Virus record (IMG/VR): IMGVR_UViG_3300045988_124082 | Reading direction: 5' to 3' (one strand) | Length of the DNA: 64,000 nucleotides | Origin: a virus | In this document: positions 55,941-63,786 of the stretch, piece by piece | Numbering within the stretch: position 1 is the stretch's first letter | Layout: every line of letters starts with the position of its first letter | The notes under the pieces: model-generated | The model's database searches: none | Told to the model about the DNA's origin: nothing | The model's input: the letters and a program-made list of their open reading frames with translations, nothing else | Program-made: the position numbers and the translations under genes

Positions 55941-56459
55941 GTGTAACCTAACACGAGGTACTTATGTGAAATGTTATAAGTCAAATCAGATCCCTAGGAT
56001 ACACGGGTGATTCCATGCATGGTTGATAACCAGCATTCCATCAACCCGTTCCTCCCTGGATCTTATCATCATAAAGGAAATTTAGAAACGTGTTATTAAC
56101 ATGAACATAAGAAAGTTACTATGGACGTTGTATGTGAGACAATGGAATTACATATAAGGCGCGTTGAAGCTGCAGGATGACTGGCAATACATTGACCAAG
56201 TCATCCCTGCAGCTCAACCGCTTTATAATCATAAAAGAATAAAGGAACATAGCATGATTGTGAGCATACAAACAAGCTAACATGGGCTAAACATACGAGA
56301 CGTTGAATCATACATAATAAGGGCACAGCTGCCTTATGCAGCGGGAAATTAGTCTCCTCGACAATAATTTCACCGCTGCCACAGGCGTGCGTGCCCTTAT
56401 TAATCATAAACCAATAGAGAAAACATGTCGCCAATGTAGAGTATGTAGAAAGGAAAATC
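55941..56459 (+). ncRNA. hairpin array 1: three long variable hairpins, each followed by conserved ATCATAAA
   Basis: Hairpins at 55988-56063, 56153-56227 and 56317-56400 (75-84 nt, imperfect, unrelated sequences). ATCATAAA at 56068, 56228 and 56403. RNA status and strand are inferred, not shown. Confidence 0.45.
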
Positions 56460-56996
56460 ATGAAAAGTTTATTTAAAGTATTGTATGAGCTGTCACAAGG
56501 AAACACCTTAATGATTAATAGTTGCATGTCTTTTAGAATGACAACTGATCTATACAAAAGACAAGTGAGATTTAAGAAGTATAAGGTTGTTGATCAAGGA
56601 AGCGTAGTAAGTGATGTGACATTGTGTAGTGGAGAGGTTATTGAGTATGATGACTTAATAAAGGAAGGAGATTTAGATTTTATATTACCAATTGAATTAA
56701 ACGAAAAAGAAAATCCATATGAGGTTATTGAATACCTGTATGGATTATTTTATTGTTCAGTTCCTGATAGATCTGCTGTTCAAAAGAAACAGAATTTTAT
56801 AGCAAAAGGATTAAATGATTTTGGGGCAAATGATTTTACAGGAATGAGAAGAAGTGAAATTCAGCCATTGTTAGAACTCTATGTGTTACTCGCTGGAATG
56901 AAAGGATGGATCACTTGGAAAGATGATAAGTTGTTCTTTTGGAAAGGTGAGCATAAGAGTTTGTATATATATAGAAAATGGATTTTAGGTTATTAG
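56460..56996 (+). CDS. hypothetical protein
   Basis: 178-aa ORF with RBS AGAAAGGAAAA. No motif recognised. Confidence 0.55.
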   Translation: MKSLFKVLYELSQGNTLMINSCMSFRMTTDLYKRQVRFKKYKVVDQGSVVSDVTLCSGEVIEYDDLIKEGDLDFILPIELNEKENPYEVIEYLYGLFYCSVPDRSAVQKKQNFIAKGLNDFGANDFTGMRRSEIQPLLELYVLLAGMKGWITWKDDKLFFWKGEHKSLYIYRKWILGY

Positions 56997-57013
56997 GAAA
57001 GGAAGAACGTAAA

Positions 57014-57775
57014 ATGAATGTAGAAAAGAGTTTGGAAAAAGCAGGAGTAGACACAAAGAAATATCCTTCATTAGCTATGCAGAATATTTTAGGATATCAA
57101 GGGAAAGCGTTTGCAGAAAATTCATACCTGTATAGAAAGATCATGGGAGATGGGCATGTGTTTAATCCTTATATACACAGAAGATGGCTTCCATATCAGT
57201 TTATGAATGCTGTCCATTGGACAAGACAGTATTATGCAGAGACTATTGGTTATGTAAAGATGCTTGAAAAAGAATTGATGCGTGGCAATAATGTAGATAA
57301 TTGGAAATATATGTACGATAAATTTGGAAAAGAGCTTAATGCTTTATATACACTCTCAAAAAGAGATAAAAAAGCGTATAAAGAAAGATGGGCTGCTTTT
57401 GGAAGATTAGAAATTTTGAAATATTTCTCTCAAGGGTTTGATTGTGTAGGGATAAATCAAAATACATTTTTGGAAATGAAAAATTTATTAGCGGATGAAA
57501 GATTTGAAGCTGAACGATATTGGCGATATCCTAATTGTTTATTGTATAAACGGCCACAATTTAGAAAAGATTTGGTAACAACAACTTTCCATTCAGGAAT
57601 TTATTTTACATTAAAACATATTATGATGTTTGATTATGAAAAATTACATATGTCTTCATCCCAAAAAGAAAGCCTAAAACGGATTAGAGAAGATTTAATT
57701 AACGGAGATTTCAATTATGAGCAGGCTTTTACAATTATTGAAGATTACGTAGCAAGATATTACAATCCAAGATAG
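57014..57775 (+). CDS. hypothetical protein
   Basis: Start moved to MNVEKSLEK behind AGGAAAGGAAG. 253 aa, Trp/Tyr-rich. Confidence 0.55.
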   Translation: MNVEKSLEKAGVDTKKYPSLAMQNILGYQGKAFAENSYLYRKIMGDGHVFNPYIHRRWLPYQFMNAVHWTRQYYAETIGYVKMLEKELMRGNNVDNWKYMYDKFGKELNALYTLSKRDKKAYKERWAAFGRLEILKYFSQGFDCVGINQNTFLEMKNLLADERFEAERYWRYPNCLLYKRPQFRKDLVTTTFHSGIYFTLKHIMMFDYEKLHMSSSQKESLKRIREDLINGDFNYEQAFTIIEDYVARYYNPR

Positions 57776-57788
57776 AGAGGGGAATTAT

Positions 57789-58286
57789 ATGCCAGAAGAA
57801 GTAAAAGAATTAACTATTAAAGAAGCAGATGAGTTTATTAAAAAGAAAGTAATCGGAGTTCTCATAAAAGCAGATGTAACAATCATAGTAAATGAATTAG
57901 AAGCTATTTATGGAGATTCGTTAGCAAATGGAACGGTTGGAGATTCGTTTTATATTTATAACTGTCCAGAAAATTATGATGAATCAGATTATGAAGAGCT
58001 TGAGTATATTGATTATGATGATATGTATGAAGATGATATTCGTGAAGAGAGAGCTGAAGCAGGAGATTTTAATCTTAAAGTATATAAGTGGTTCATTGTT
58101 GATCCAAGATTTACAGAATTATTAAAAGATTTGGGCGAGATAGTTGCTCCAGATATTAACCTTTGGGGATGTTGTGAAGACATTGAAGACGCAAGCGAAG
58201 CAACTGTAATTGAAGAATTTTTTGAAAGAATGCAGATTCTGTATGGACAAAAGAATGCAATTATTACAGAAAAGCTGAGTGCTTAA
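57789..58286 (+). CDS. highly acidic protein (DNA-mimic / anti-restriction candidate)
   Basis: 165 aa with ..NYDESDYEELEYIDYDDMYEDDIREERAEAGDF.. Composition only. Confidence 0.35.
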   Translation: MPEEVKELTIKEADEFIKKKVIGVLIKADVTIIVNELEAIYGDSLANGTVGDSFYIYNCPENYDESDYEELEYIDYDDMYEDDIREERAEAGDFNLKVYKWFIVDPRFTELLKDLGEIVAPDINLWGCCEDIEDASEATVIEEFFERMQILYGQKNAIITEKLSA

Positions 58287-58742
58287 ACCAACAAAAGGGA
58301 GATGTACCCTTTGTAGAAATACTTATCATAAACCATCGAAGAAGGAGGATCTTCAGAACCCTCCGCATTGATTACGTTAAACATCACTTCGTAATGATTT
58401 AACAGCATCAACTGCGAGAGGAGTTCATGAAGATCCTCCTTCTTGAATCATAAATACATAGAGGAATACATCAAAGATAAGTTGTTCTACATTTTTTGCA
58501 AGAGATATACTTGCTGATTTAATGAATTGTGTTTGAATCACTCACATAATCGGGAGAAAGGAGGCATAATCTCATCTCCTCCACTGGCAAGCCAGGGAGG
58601 ACTTGATGAGATTACATTCCGCTGCGGCGTCATTGTGCCTCCATTCTCCTGATCATGTTTGATCATAAACCAATAGAGAAATATATCACCTCACAATGAG
58701 TTAAATCTGTAACTATTAATTTACATAGAAAAGGAGAAACAG
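58287..58742 (+). ncRNA. hairpin array 2: one short and two very long hairpins, each followed within ~12 nt by ATCATAAA
   Basis: Hairpins at 58294-58312, 58336-58446 (111 nt) and 58549-58653 (105 nt). ATCATAAA at 58325, 58447 and 58662. The last motif, GATCATAAACCAATAGAGAAA, nearly repeats 56402-56422. Confidence 0.45.
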
Positions 58743-59312
58743 ATGAAAGCGATTTTTAAAGGAGAAAAAGTTGTAAGAACTAAATTAACATTAGACACTG
58801 GACTTGAAAGACTGGAAGGATCGGATGTTAGCTATTTTGTGAGACGACCTAAGCTGACACATGAAGTAAGTGAAGAAAAGGGTGGAATCATTTTAGAAAA
58901 GGATCTTTCTTTTAATAAAATCTTACTCTTAAAAGATGCTAATGAAGTGACAGTTGATGAATTTACATTTGTATTATCAGGCATTATTGATTACAACTTA
59001 GATGAAGAATGTGTAGTTTTTTACACAGACGCTTGTTGTTCAATTGAAGATACAGATGGGCAGAACAAAATCGAAGCCTATCATAAACTTTTGGATGCAT
59101 ATGAAAAGCAGGTAGGAACGAAAGAAAGTCAAGAGGAAGAATGCGATTGTGCTTACTGTAATGGAGATTACGTTTGTGCTTTTTGTAGAGATGATGATGA
59201 ATCAGAATTAGATGATGAAGAGGACATCGGAAAGAAAGCAATGGATAATCTAGAAGATCTAAATAAAATTCTTGCAGAGTTCTTCGGGGATATTCCGGGA
59301 TTCAAGTGTTAG
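58743..59312 (+). CDS. hypothetical protein with Cys cluster and acidic tail
   Basis: 189 aa with CDCAYCNGDYVCAFCRDDDESELDDEED. Confidence 0.5.
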   Translation: MKAIFKGEKVVRTKLTLDTGLERLEGSDVSYFVRRPKLTHEVSEEKGGIILEKDLSFNKILLLKDANEVTVDEFTFVLSGIIDYNLDEECVVFYTDACCSIEDTDGQNKIEAYHKLLDAYEKQVGTKESQEEECDCAYCNGDYVCAFCRDDDESELDDEEDIGKKAMDNLEDLNKILAEFFGDIPGFKC

Positions 59313-59397
59313 TTAAAGATTGATATTGAGAGAGACACTTCGTATGAGGTGTCTCTTTTAGTATATAGATTTTTTAGAAAGGAGATGAAAAAGGAAA

Positions 59398-60192
59398 ATG
59401 GCAACAGAGTTTGACAAACGAATGAAAGCTTATGAATGTGTCTCAAGACAGTACTTAACAAGAAGAGTACCAGTTGCAATTAGGGTAGATGGAAAGGCAT
59501 TTCATACATTCACTAGAGGGTTTCAGAAACCATTTGATGAAGTGCTTAGCAACACAATGCAAGCCACAATGATGAAAATGTGTAGACAGATTCAGGGTTG
59601 TGTGTTTGCTTACACACAGAGTGATGAAATTACATTTATTCTTATCGATTATCAGAAGCTAAATTCTGATGGCTGGTTTAACTACCGTACTGATAAGATG
59701 TGTAGCATTGCAGCGAGTATGGCTACTATGGAGTTCAATAAGGCTTTTAGTGCTTTTGTTTATGGATTTAAGGTAAACAAGGGAGAAGACATATCAAGCG
59801 AAGATATGGAAGTGCTTAAGGCCTATGAGAAATCTAAGGAACGTGGAGCTATGTTTGATGCTAGAGCGTTCTCAATTCCAAAAGAAGAAGTCACAAACTT
59901 AATCTATTGGAGACAACAGGATGCTATGAGAAATGCAGTTCAGATGGTTGGACAAGCATTTTATTCTCACAAAGAACTTCAGGGTGTTAATTGTGAAATG
60001 CTTAAAGAAATGTTACTGGCTGATAAGGGAATTGAATGGGATAAGATTCCTGTGAAATACCAGAGAGGCAGTTGTTGTGTCAAGGTTGATGGTGAATGGA
60101 CTATTGACAATAACATTTCTATCTTCAGAGGTAGTGACAGAGAGCAAATTGATAAGCTTGTGTTTGTTGAGAGTGAAGAGGATCAGGAGTGA
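59398..60192 (+). CDS. Thg1-like protein (tRNA-His guanylyltransferase family, 3'-5' nucleotidyl polymerase)
   Basis: N-terminal VPVAIRVDGKAFHTFTRGFQKPFDEVLSNTM..CVFAYTQSDEITFIL matches the Thg1 family core (R.DG+.F..FT..F.KP.D...YxQSDEIS). Confidence 0.75.
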   Translation: MATEFDKRMKAYECVSRQYLTRRVPVAIRVDGKAFHTFTRGFQKPFDEVLSNTMQATMMKMCRQIQGCVFAYTQSDEITFILIDYQKLNSDGWFNYRTDKMCSIAASMATMEFNKAFSAFVYGFKVNKGEDISSEDMEVLKAYEKSKERGAMFDARAFSIPKEEVTNLIYWRQQDAMRNAVQMVGQAFYSHKELQGVNCEMLKEMLLADKGIEWDKIPVKYQRGSCCVKVDGEWTIDNNISIFRGSDREQIDKLVFVESEEDQE

Positions 60193-60214
60193 TCAGGAAG
60201 GAGAAATATGATTA

Positions 60215-60448
60215 GTGATTTATAAACATGAGAAAAGAACTGTAACGATAGAGGAAATTGAAATTAAATCATGCCCTTTTTGTGGTTCAGATGAAGTAAA
60301 ACCGATTTACTACAAAGAGCAATGGGGATGGTCAAATGCCGAAAACTTTGTTAAATGTTGCAGATGCGGAGCAAAAGGCCCTTTGATTTCAAGAGTTGAA
60401 GGTGACCATACCATTGAATCAATAAAAGCTTGGAATAGAAGAAACTAA
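60215..60448 (+). CDS. Lar-family restriction-alleviation-like zinc-ribbon protein
   Basis: CPFCGSDEV..VKCCRCGAKGP..IKAWNRRN matches the Lar family pattern. Confidence 0.6.
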   Translation: MIYKHEKRTVTIEEIEIKSCPFCGSDEVKPIYYKEQWGWSNAENFVKCCRCGAKGPLISRVEGDHTIESIKAWNRRN

Positions 60449-60464
60449 TCAGGAAGGAGGATAA

Positions 60465-61217
60465 ATGGGAGTAGAGACAAAAGAAATCCCATTCTATGAT
60501 GACACTTTGTTAGGTGTTAAAGATGAGGATGGTAAAGTTTGGTTGGCTGTTAGAAAAGCTTGTTTGGATATTGGGTTGTCAAATGAACAGGCTAAAAGAC
60601 AAATTAGAAATATTAGGAATTCCGAACTCTTTAAATCCAAGTGGGGCAAATTCGCCCCAGTTCAAAATGAGGGCGGAAGACAGGTGACTAGAGAAGTAAT
60701 TTGCATCCAAGAAAAATTTGTACCAATGTGGTTAGCTCAAATTACTCTTACGCCTAAGATGAAAAAAGAAAACCCAGAAGCGGTAAGCAAGTTACTCAGG
60801 TATCAGCTTGAAGCTGCTGATGTATTACATACGGCCTTCTATAAAACAGATAGACAGAAAGAGCTGTTACATGAGTCTTTAGGACTGGAAGGCAAAATTC
60901 TTAAAATGGAAGAGCAGATCGTAGCTTTTACAGAAACCATTAAAGAGCAAGCAGAAAGACTTGATAAAGTCATGGACAATATGACTATTGATACTAAAAA
61001 GCAGAGTCGTATTCAGAAAGCAGCAAAGGAAAGAGTAAGTGAATTACTTGGTGGAGCTCATTCAGGGCTTTATAAAGCTAAAGGTGCTTTGTATTTTGCA
61101 AATCTGTGGCATCAGTTTAGAGAACAGTTTGAATGTGGAACTTATAAAGATCTTAGTCCAAACGATTTTGAAGATGCAATTGATTTCATTGAGAGTTGGA
61201 CATATGTAGAAAGGTAG
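60465..61217 (+). CDS. phage antirepressor-like protein (P22 AR N-terminal type, ORF6C-like C-terminus)
   Basis: IPFYDDTLLGVKDEDGKVWLAVRKACLDIGLS..EKFVPMWLAQI, with a coiled-coil C-terminal half. Confidence 0.6.
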   Translation: MGVETKEIPFYDDTLLGVKDEDGKVWLAVRKACLDIGLSNEQAKRQIRNIRNSELFKSKWGKFAPVQNEGGRQVTREVICIQEKFVPMWLAQITLTPKMKKENPEAVSKLLRYQLEAADVLHTAFYKTDRQKELLHESLGLEGKILKMEEQIVAFTETIKEQAERLDKVMDNMTIDTKKQSRIQKAAKERVSELLGGAHSGLYKAKGALYFANLWHQFREQFECGTYKDLSPNDFEDAIDFIESWTYVER

Positions 61218-61229
61218 AGGAAGTTTAAA

Positions 61230-62108
61230 ATGTTAATGTTTTTATTTAGAGTATTGTTGATTATTGCAACTATAGTGTTAATTGTTGTTGGGTGTTTTGA
61301 TTTCGATATACAGGAACCAAAGAAATCCAAGAAAGGTGCTTTATGGGCATTAGTTCCTATTGTGATTTTTGTACTTACATTGTGTGTTGTATATGTACCA
61401 TCTAATAATGTAGGAATCCGTTGGTCAGCGTTCAGTGGAACTAGCAGCAAGACATTAAATGAAGGAATTACATTCAAGAGTCCAATTGATAAGGTATTCC
61501 TTATTCCAACTACTGTAGAAGAGAGAACAATCAAAAACGTAAATGTGCAAACGAAAGATGCACAGTTTGTCAGAGCTGAAGTGAATGTTAAGTTCCGTGT
61601 TAATCAGAAAGACGCCTTTAAGGTATACAAGAGATACACAACACTTGACAACTTAAAGCAGAATATCATTAGCAACTATGCTCAGAAGAGTATTGAAACA
61701 GTTGTTACTCAGTACAATGTGATTGATACTCTTGGTGCTAAGAAAAATGAGATTTATGCTTTAGCTACAAAAGATTTACAGAATATGCTTAAAGATGAGG
61801 GTGTTGAGCTTGTGCAGCTGACTATCAAAGACATGAACGCAGGTAGTGAGATTGAAAAAGCGATCGCTGATGAGGCAGTTGCCAAGAAACGTGTAGAAAC
61901 AGCAGAGCAGAATCGTCTTAAGGCTAAGAAAGATGCTGAGACTAAGGTAGTTAATGCTAAAGCAGAAGCAGATGCAAACAAAATCTTAGAGAAACAGTTG
62001 ACAAATAAAATCTTAATTCAGCAGTGGATTGAGAAATGGAACGGAGAGGTTCCTAAAGTATCTGGTGATAGTAAATCTATGATCAATATTCAGGATCTCT
62101 TGAATTAG
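61230..62108 (+). CDS. SPFH/band-7 (prohibitin-like) membrane protein
   Basis: N-terminal transmembrane helix, then VPSNNVGIRWSAFSGT..FKSPIDKVFLIPTTVEE..VQTKDAQFVRAEVNVKFRV, and an Ala/Lys/Glu-rich coiled coil. Confidence 0.7.
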   Translation: MLMFLFRVLLIIATIVLIVVGCFDFDIQEPKKSKKGALWALVPIVIFVLTLCVVYVPSNNVGIRWSAFSGTSSKTLNEGITFKSPIDKVFLIPTTVEERTIKNVNVQTKDAQFVRAEVNVKFRVNQKDAFKVYKRYTTLDNLKQNIISNYAQKSIETVVTQYNVIDTLGAKKNEIYALATKDLQNMLKDEGVELVQLTIKDMNAGSEIEKAIADEAVAKKRVETAEQNRLKAKKDAETKVVNAKAEADANKILEKQLTNKILIQQWIEKWNGEVPKVSGDSKSMINIQDLLN

Positions 62109-62112
62109 TATT

Positions 62113-62139
62113 GAGCCGGCTCGTAAGAGCTGGCATTTT
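62113..62139 (+). terminator. rho-independent terminator
   Basis: GCCGGCTCgtaaGAGCTGGC followed by ATTTT. Confidence 0.6.
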
Positions 62140-62289
62140 GGGGACATAGCTTAATAGGTAAAGCAAAACTACATTCTTCCATAAAGAACTTAAAACTAAA
62201 ATTTTCATATTAAATATAAACATTTTGTACCTCCCTATTGTAATAAAATAACACTTATATTTATGTGGGTTCGAATCCCACTGTCCCCA
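62140..62289 (+). ncRNA. interrupted tRNA-like gene (canonical acceptor, D and T arms; about 75-nt AT-rich insert in place of the anticodon region)
   Basis: GGGGACA..TGTCCCC-A acceptor, GCTT-AATAGGTA-AAGC D arm, GTGGG-TTCGAAT-CCCAC T arm. The only anticodon-like hairpin is TTCT-TCCATAA-AGAA (CAT, with C33) at 62174-62188. Confidence 0.4.
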
Positions 62290-62331
62290 TTGTAGTTTTT
62301 AAATAAGTAAGTAAAGAAAGGAAGTAGAAGT

Positions 62332-62571
62332 ATGTTAATTGTAAGTCAGGAGAAATCTGAAGTCTATAATATACAGATGATGAAATGCTTGTATGTATCT
62401 CATTCTGGAGATTGGTTTTTTATCTCTATGGATCTCTTAGGAGATGGAAATGTAACCTTAGGAGATTTTGAATCATATGAAAGAGCGAATGAGGTATTAC
62501 TTAAAATTATAGAAGAATATAAGAACCGTATTCCAGATCAGAATACGGTTTTTTACATGCCACAGGAATAG
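62332..62571 (+). CDS. hypothetical protein
   Basis: 79-aa ORF with RBS AAAGGAAG. Confidence 0.5.
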   Translation: MLIVSQEKSEVYNIQMMKCLYVSHSGDWFFISMDLLGDGNVTLGDFESYERANEVLLKIIEEYKNRIPDQNTVFYMPQE

Positions 62572-62581
62572 AGGTGAGATT

Positions 62582-63076
62582 ATGGGAATTCGATATAAGT
62601 GTTTTTATCATTCAATTTATAAAAAAGACAACGGAGAATTAGACATAAGAACAAGAGATATATGTATAGGAGCTTTAGCTAGAGGTTATAAAAATTTAGA
62701 AGACTGTAAAACGAAATGTAGATCAAAAGGTATCTGTATTCCTATTATTCTCATTGAGAATATACTAATGGAATTTAAAGAACAGAAATTTACTTGGAAA
62801 GACATGGTTGAAATAGATGGGAAACATTATGAAGAAGAATTTCCCATTTCTGGATTAATGGATGATGAAAACACTTATCAAATTGATGAGTTTATAAATG
62901 CAGTTGCACTGAAACATAATGTATATCCAGAAAATATTAAAACGTATATAATGGATGGATTTAAACTATGTGGAAAAGATTTTGGATTCATTGACAGTGA
63001 TGATATAGATTATGCTCCACATAGAGCAGAATATGGATGTTATATCAATGGAACTCCAGAAGAGTGTTATGACTAG
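62582..63076 (+). CDS. hypothetical protein
   Basis: 164-aa ORF with RBS GAGGTGAG. Confidence 0.5.
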   Translation: MGIRYKCFYHSIYKKDNGELDIRTRDICIGALARGYKNLEDCKTKCRSKGICIPIILIENILMEFKEQKFTWKDMVEIDGKHYEEEFPISGLMDDENTYQIDEFINAVALKHNVYPENIKTYIMDGFKLCGKDFGFIDSDDIDYAPHRAEYGCYINGTPEECYD

Positions 63077-63159
63077 AGAGGTGAGAGCAGTGGAAATGAT
63101 CGAAGTAGAAATTAGACCAGAAGTACGTGAACAGTGTAATAACTGAGAGAGGAGAATTT

Positions 63160-63459
63160 ATGAGAGTAAGAGAGCTTTTAGATAAAGTAATTGAGTTAAA
63201 TGGAGAATTTTTAGAGAAACAGATAAAAGGGGAAATTGATCATAGTTTTAGAGATCCTGATACTATTTTAGCAGATCTTATGGATGATCAGGATTTTGAA
63301 ACAAGTGCGACAGCAATTGAATTATTTTCAATTTACAGAGATCAAGAGAATGGGCATGAGACTTTTAATGACATGTTCAGATTCTTTACAGGAAAGGAAT
63401 TCGATGATTATCTGAAAGAATGTAAAGAAGTTTTAGAGCATGAGATCGATAGAAGTTAG
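63160..63459 (+). CDS. hypothetical acidic protein
   Basis: Start moved to MRVRELLDK behind GAGAGGAG. Confidence 0.5.
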   Translation: MRVRELLDKVIELNGEFLEKQIKGEIDHSFRDPDTILADLMDDQDFETSATAIELFSIYRDQENGHETFNDMFRFFTGKEFDDYLKECKEVLEHEIDRS

Positions 63460-63472
63460 GAGAGTGACCAAA

Positions 63473-63709
63473 GTGAGTAAGTTACATGAACGTGCCTATT
63501 GTCAAGAATGTGGAAAGCTTGTTGACTATAGTATTCGTGATGAAGTGGTGGAAGAGAATTTCCATGGAACTATAGTTCATTTCCCTTTTAAAGTTGGTCG
63601 TTACAAAGAATGTGGAACAGAGGTTGCAACAGATAATGGGTATAATTTTAGAAGAGGAGATGCAGTGTGGGAAGCTTATAAGAAACTGAAAGGAGAATTC
63701 ATAAGATGA
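63473..63709 (+). CDS. zinc-ribbon protein (YgiT/MqsA-N-like)
   Basis: GTG start behind AGGAG. CQECGK..(33 aa)..YKECGTEV. Confidence 0.4.
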   Translation: MSKLHERAYCQECGKLVDYSIRDEVVEENFHGTIVHFPFKVGRYKECGTEVATDNGYNFRRGDAVWEAYKKLKGEFIR

Positions 63710-63737
63710 GGTATCAGATGCGTACCTCATCTTTTTT
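63705..63737 (+). terminator. rho-independent terminator
   Basis: GATGAGGTAtcagatgcgTACCTCATC followed by TTTTTT. The stem includes the stop codon. Confidence 0.75.
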
Positions 63738-63786
63738 CTAACGTCGCAATTTGCGACTTTAGGCTATCAGAAAGGAAAATTTACAT

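Noticed and set aside
54639-56459. The RT as part of a group II intron or a retron.
   Set aside because: The upstream sequence is tightly packed coding DNA with no room for intron domains I-III. No domain V-like GAGC..GAAA..helix was seen downstream. The hairpins lie downstream of the RT, and I found no a1/a2 inverted repeats flanking them as a retron msr-msd would have.
55941-58742. The hairpin arrays as a CRISPR array or as integron attC sites.
   Set aside because: The conserved unit is only 8-12 nt. The putative spacers are themselves long palindromes of very different length, and no cas genes are present. Only one hairpin contains RYYYAAC/GTTRRRY-like boxes, in the wrong order, and there is no integrase in the window.
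62140-62289. A tmRNA or group I intron-containing tRNA.
   Set aside because: 150 nt is far too short for a tmRNA. There is no G3-U70 alanine identity pair and no tag ORF. The ~75-nt insert is far below the minimal size of a group I intron and shows no P/Q/R/S boxes.
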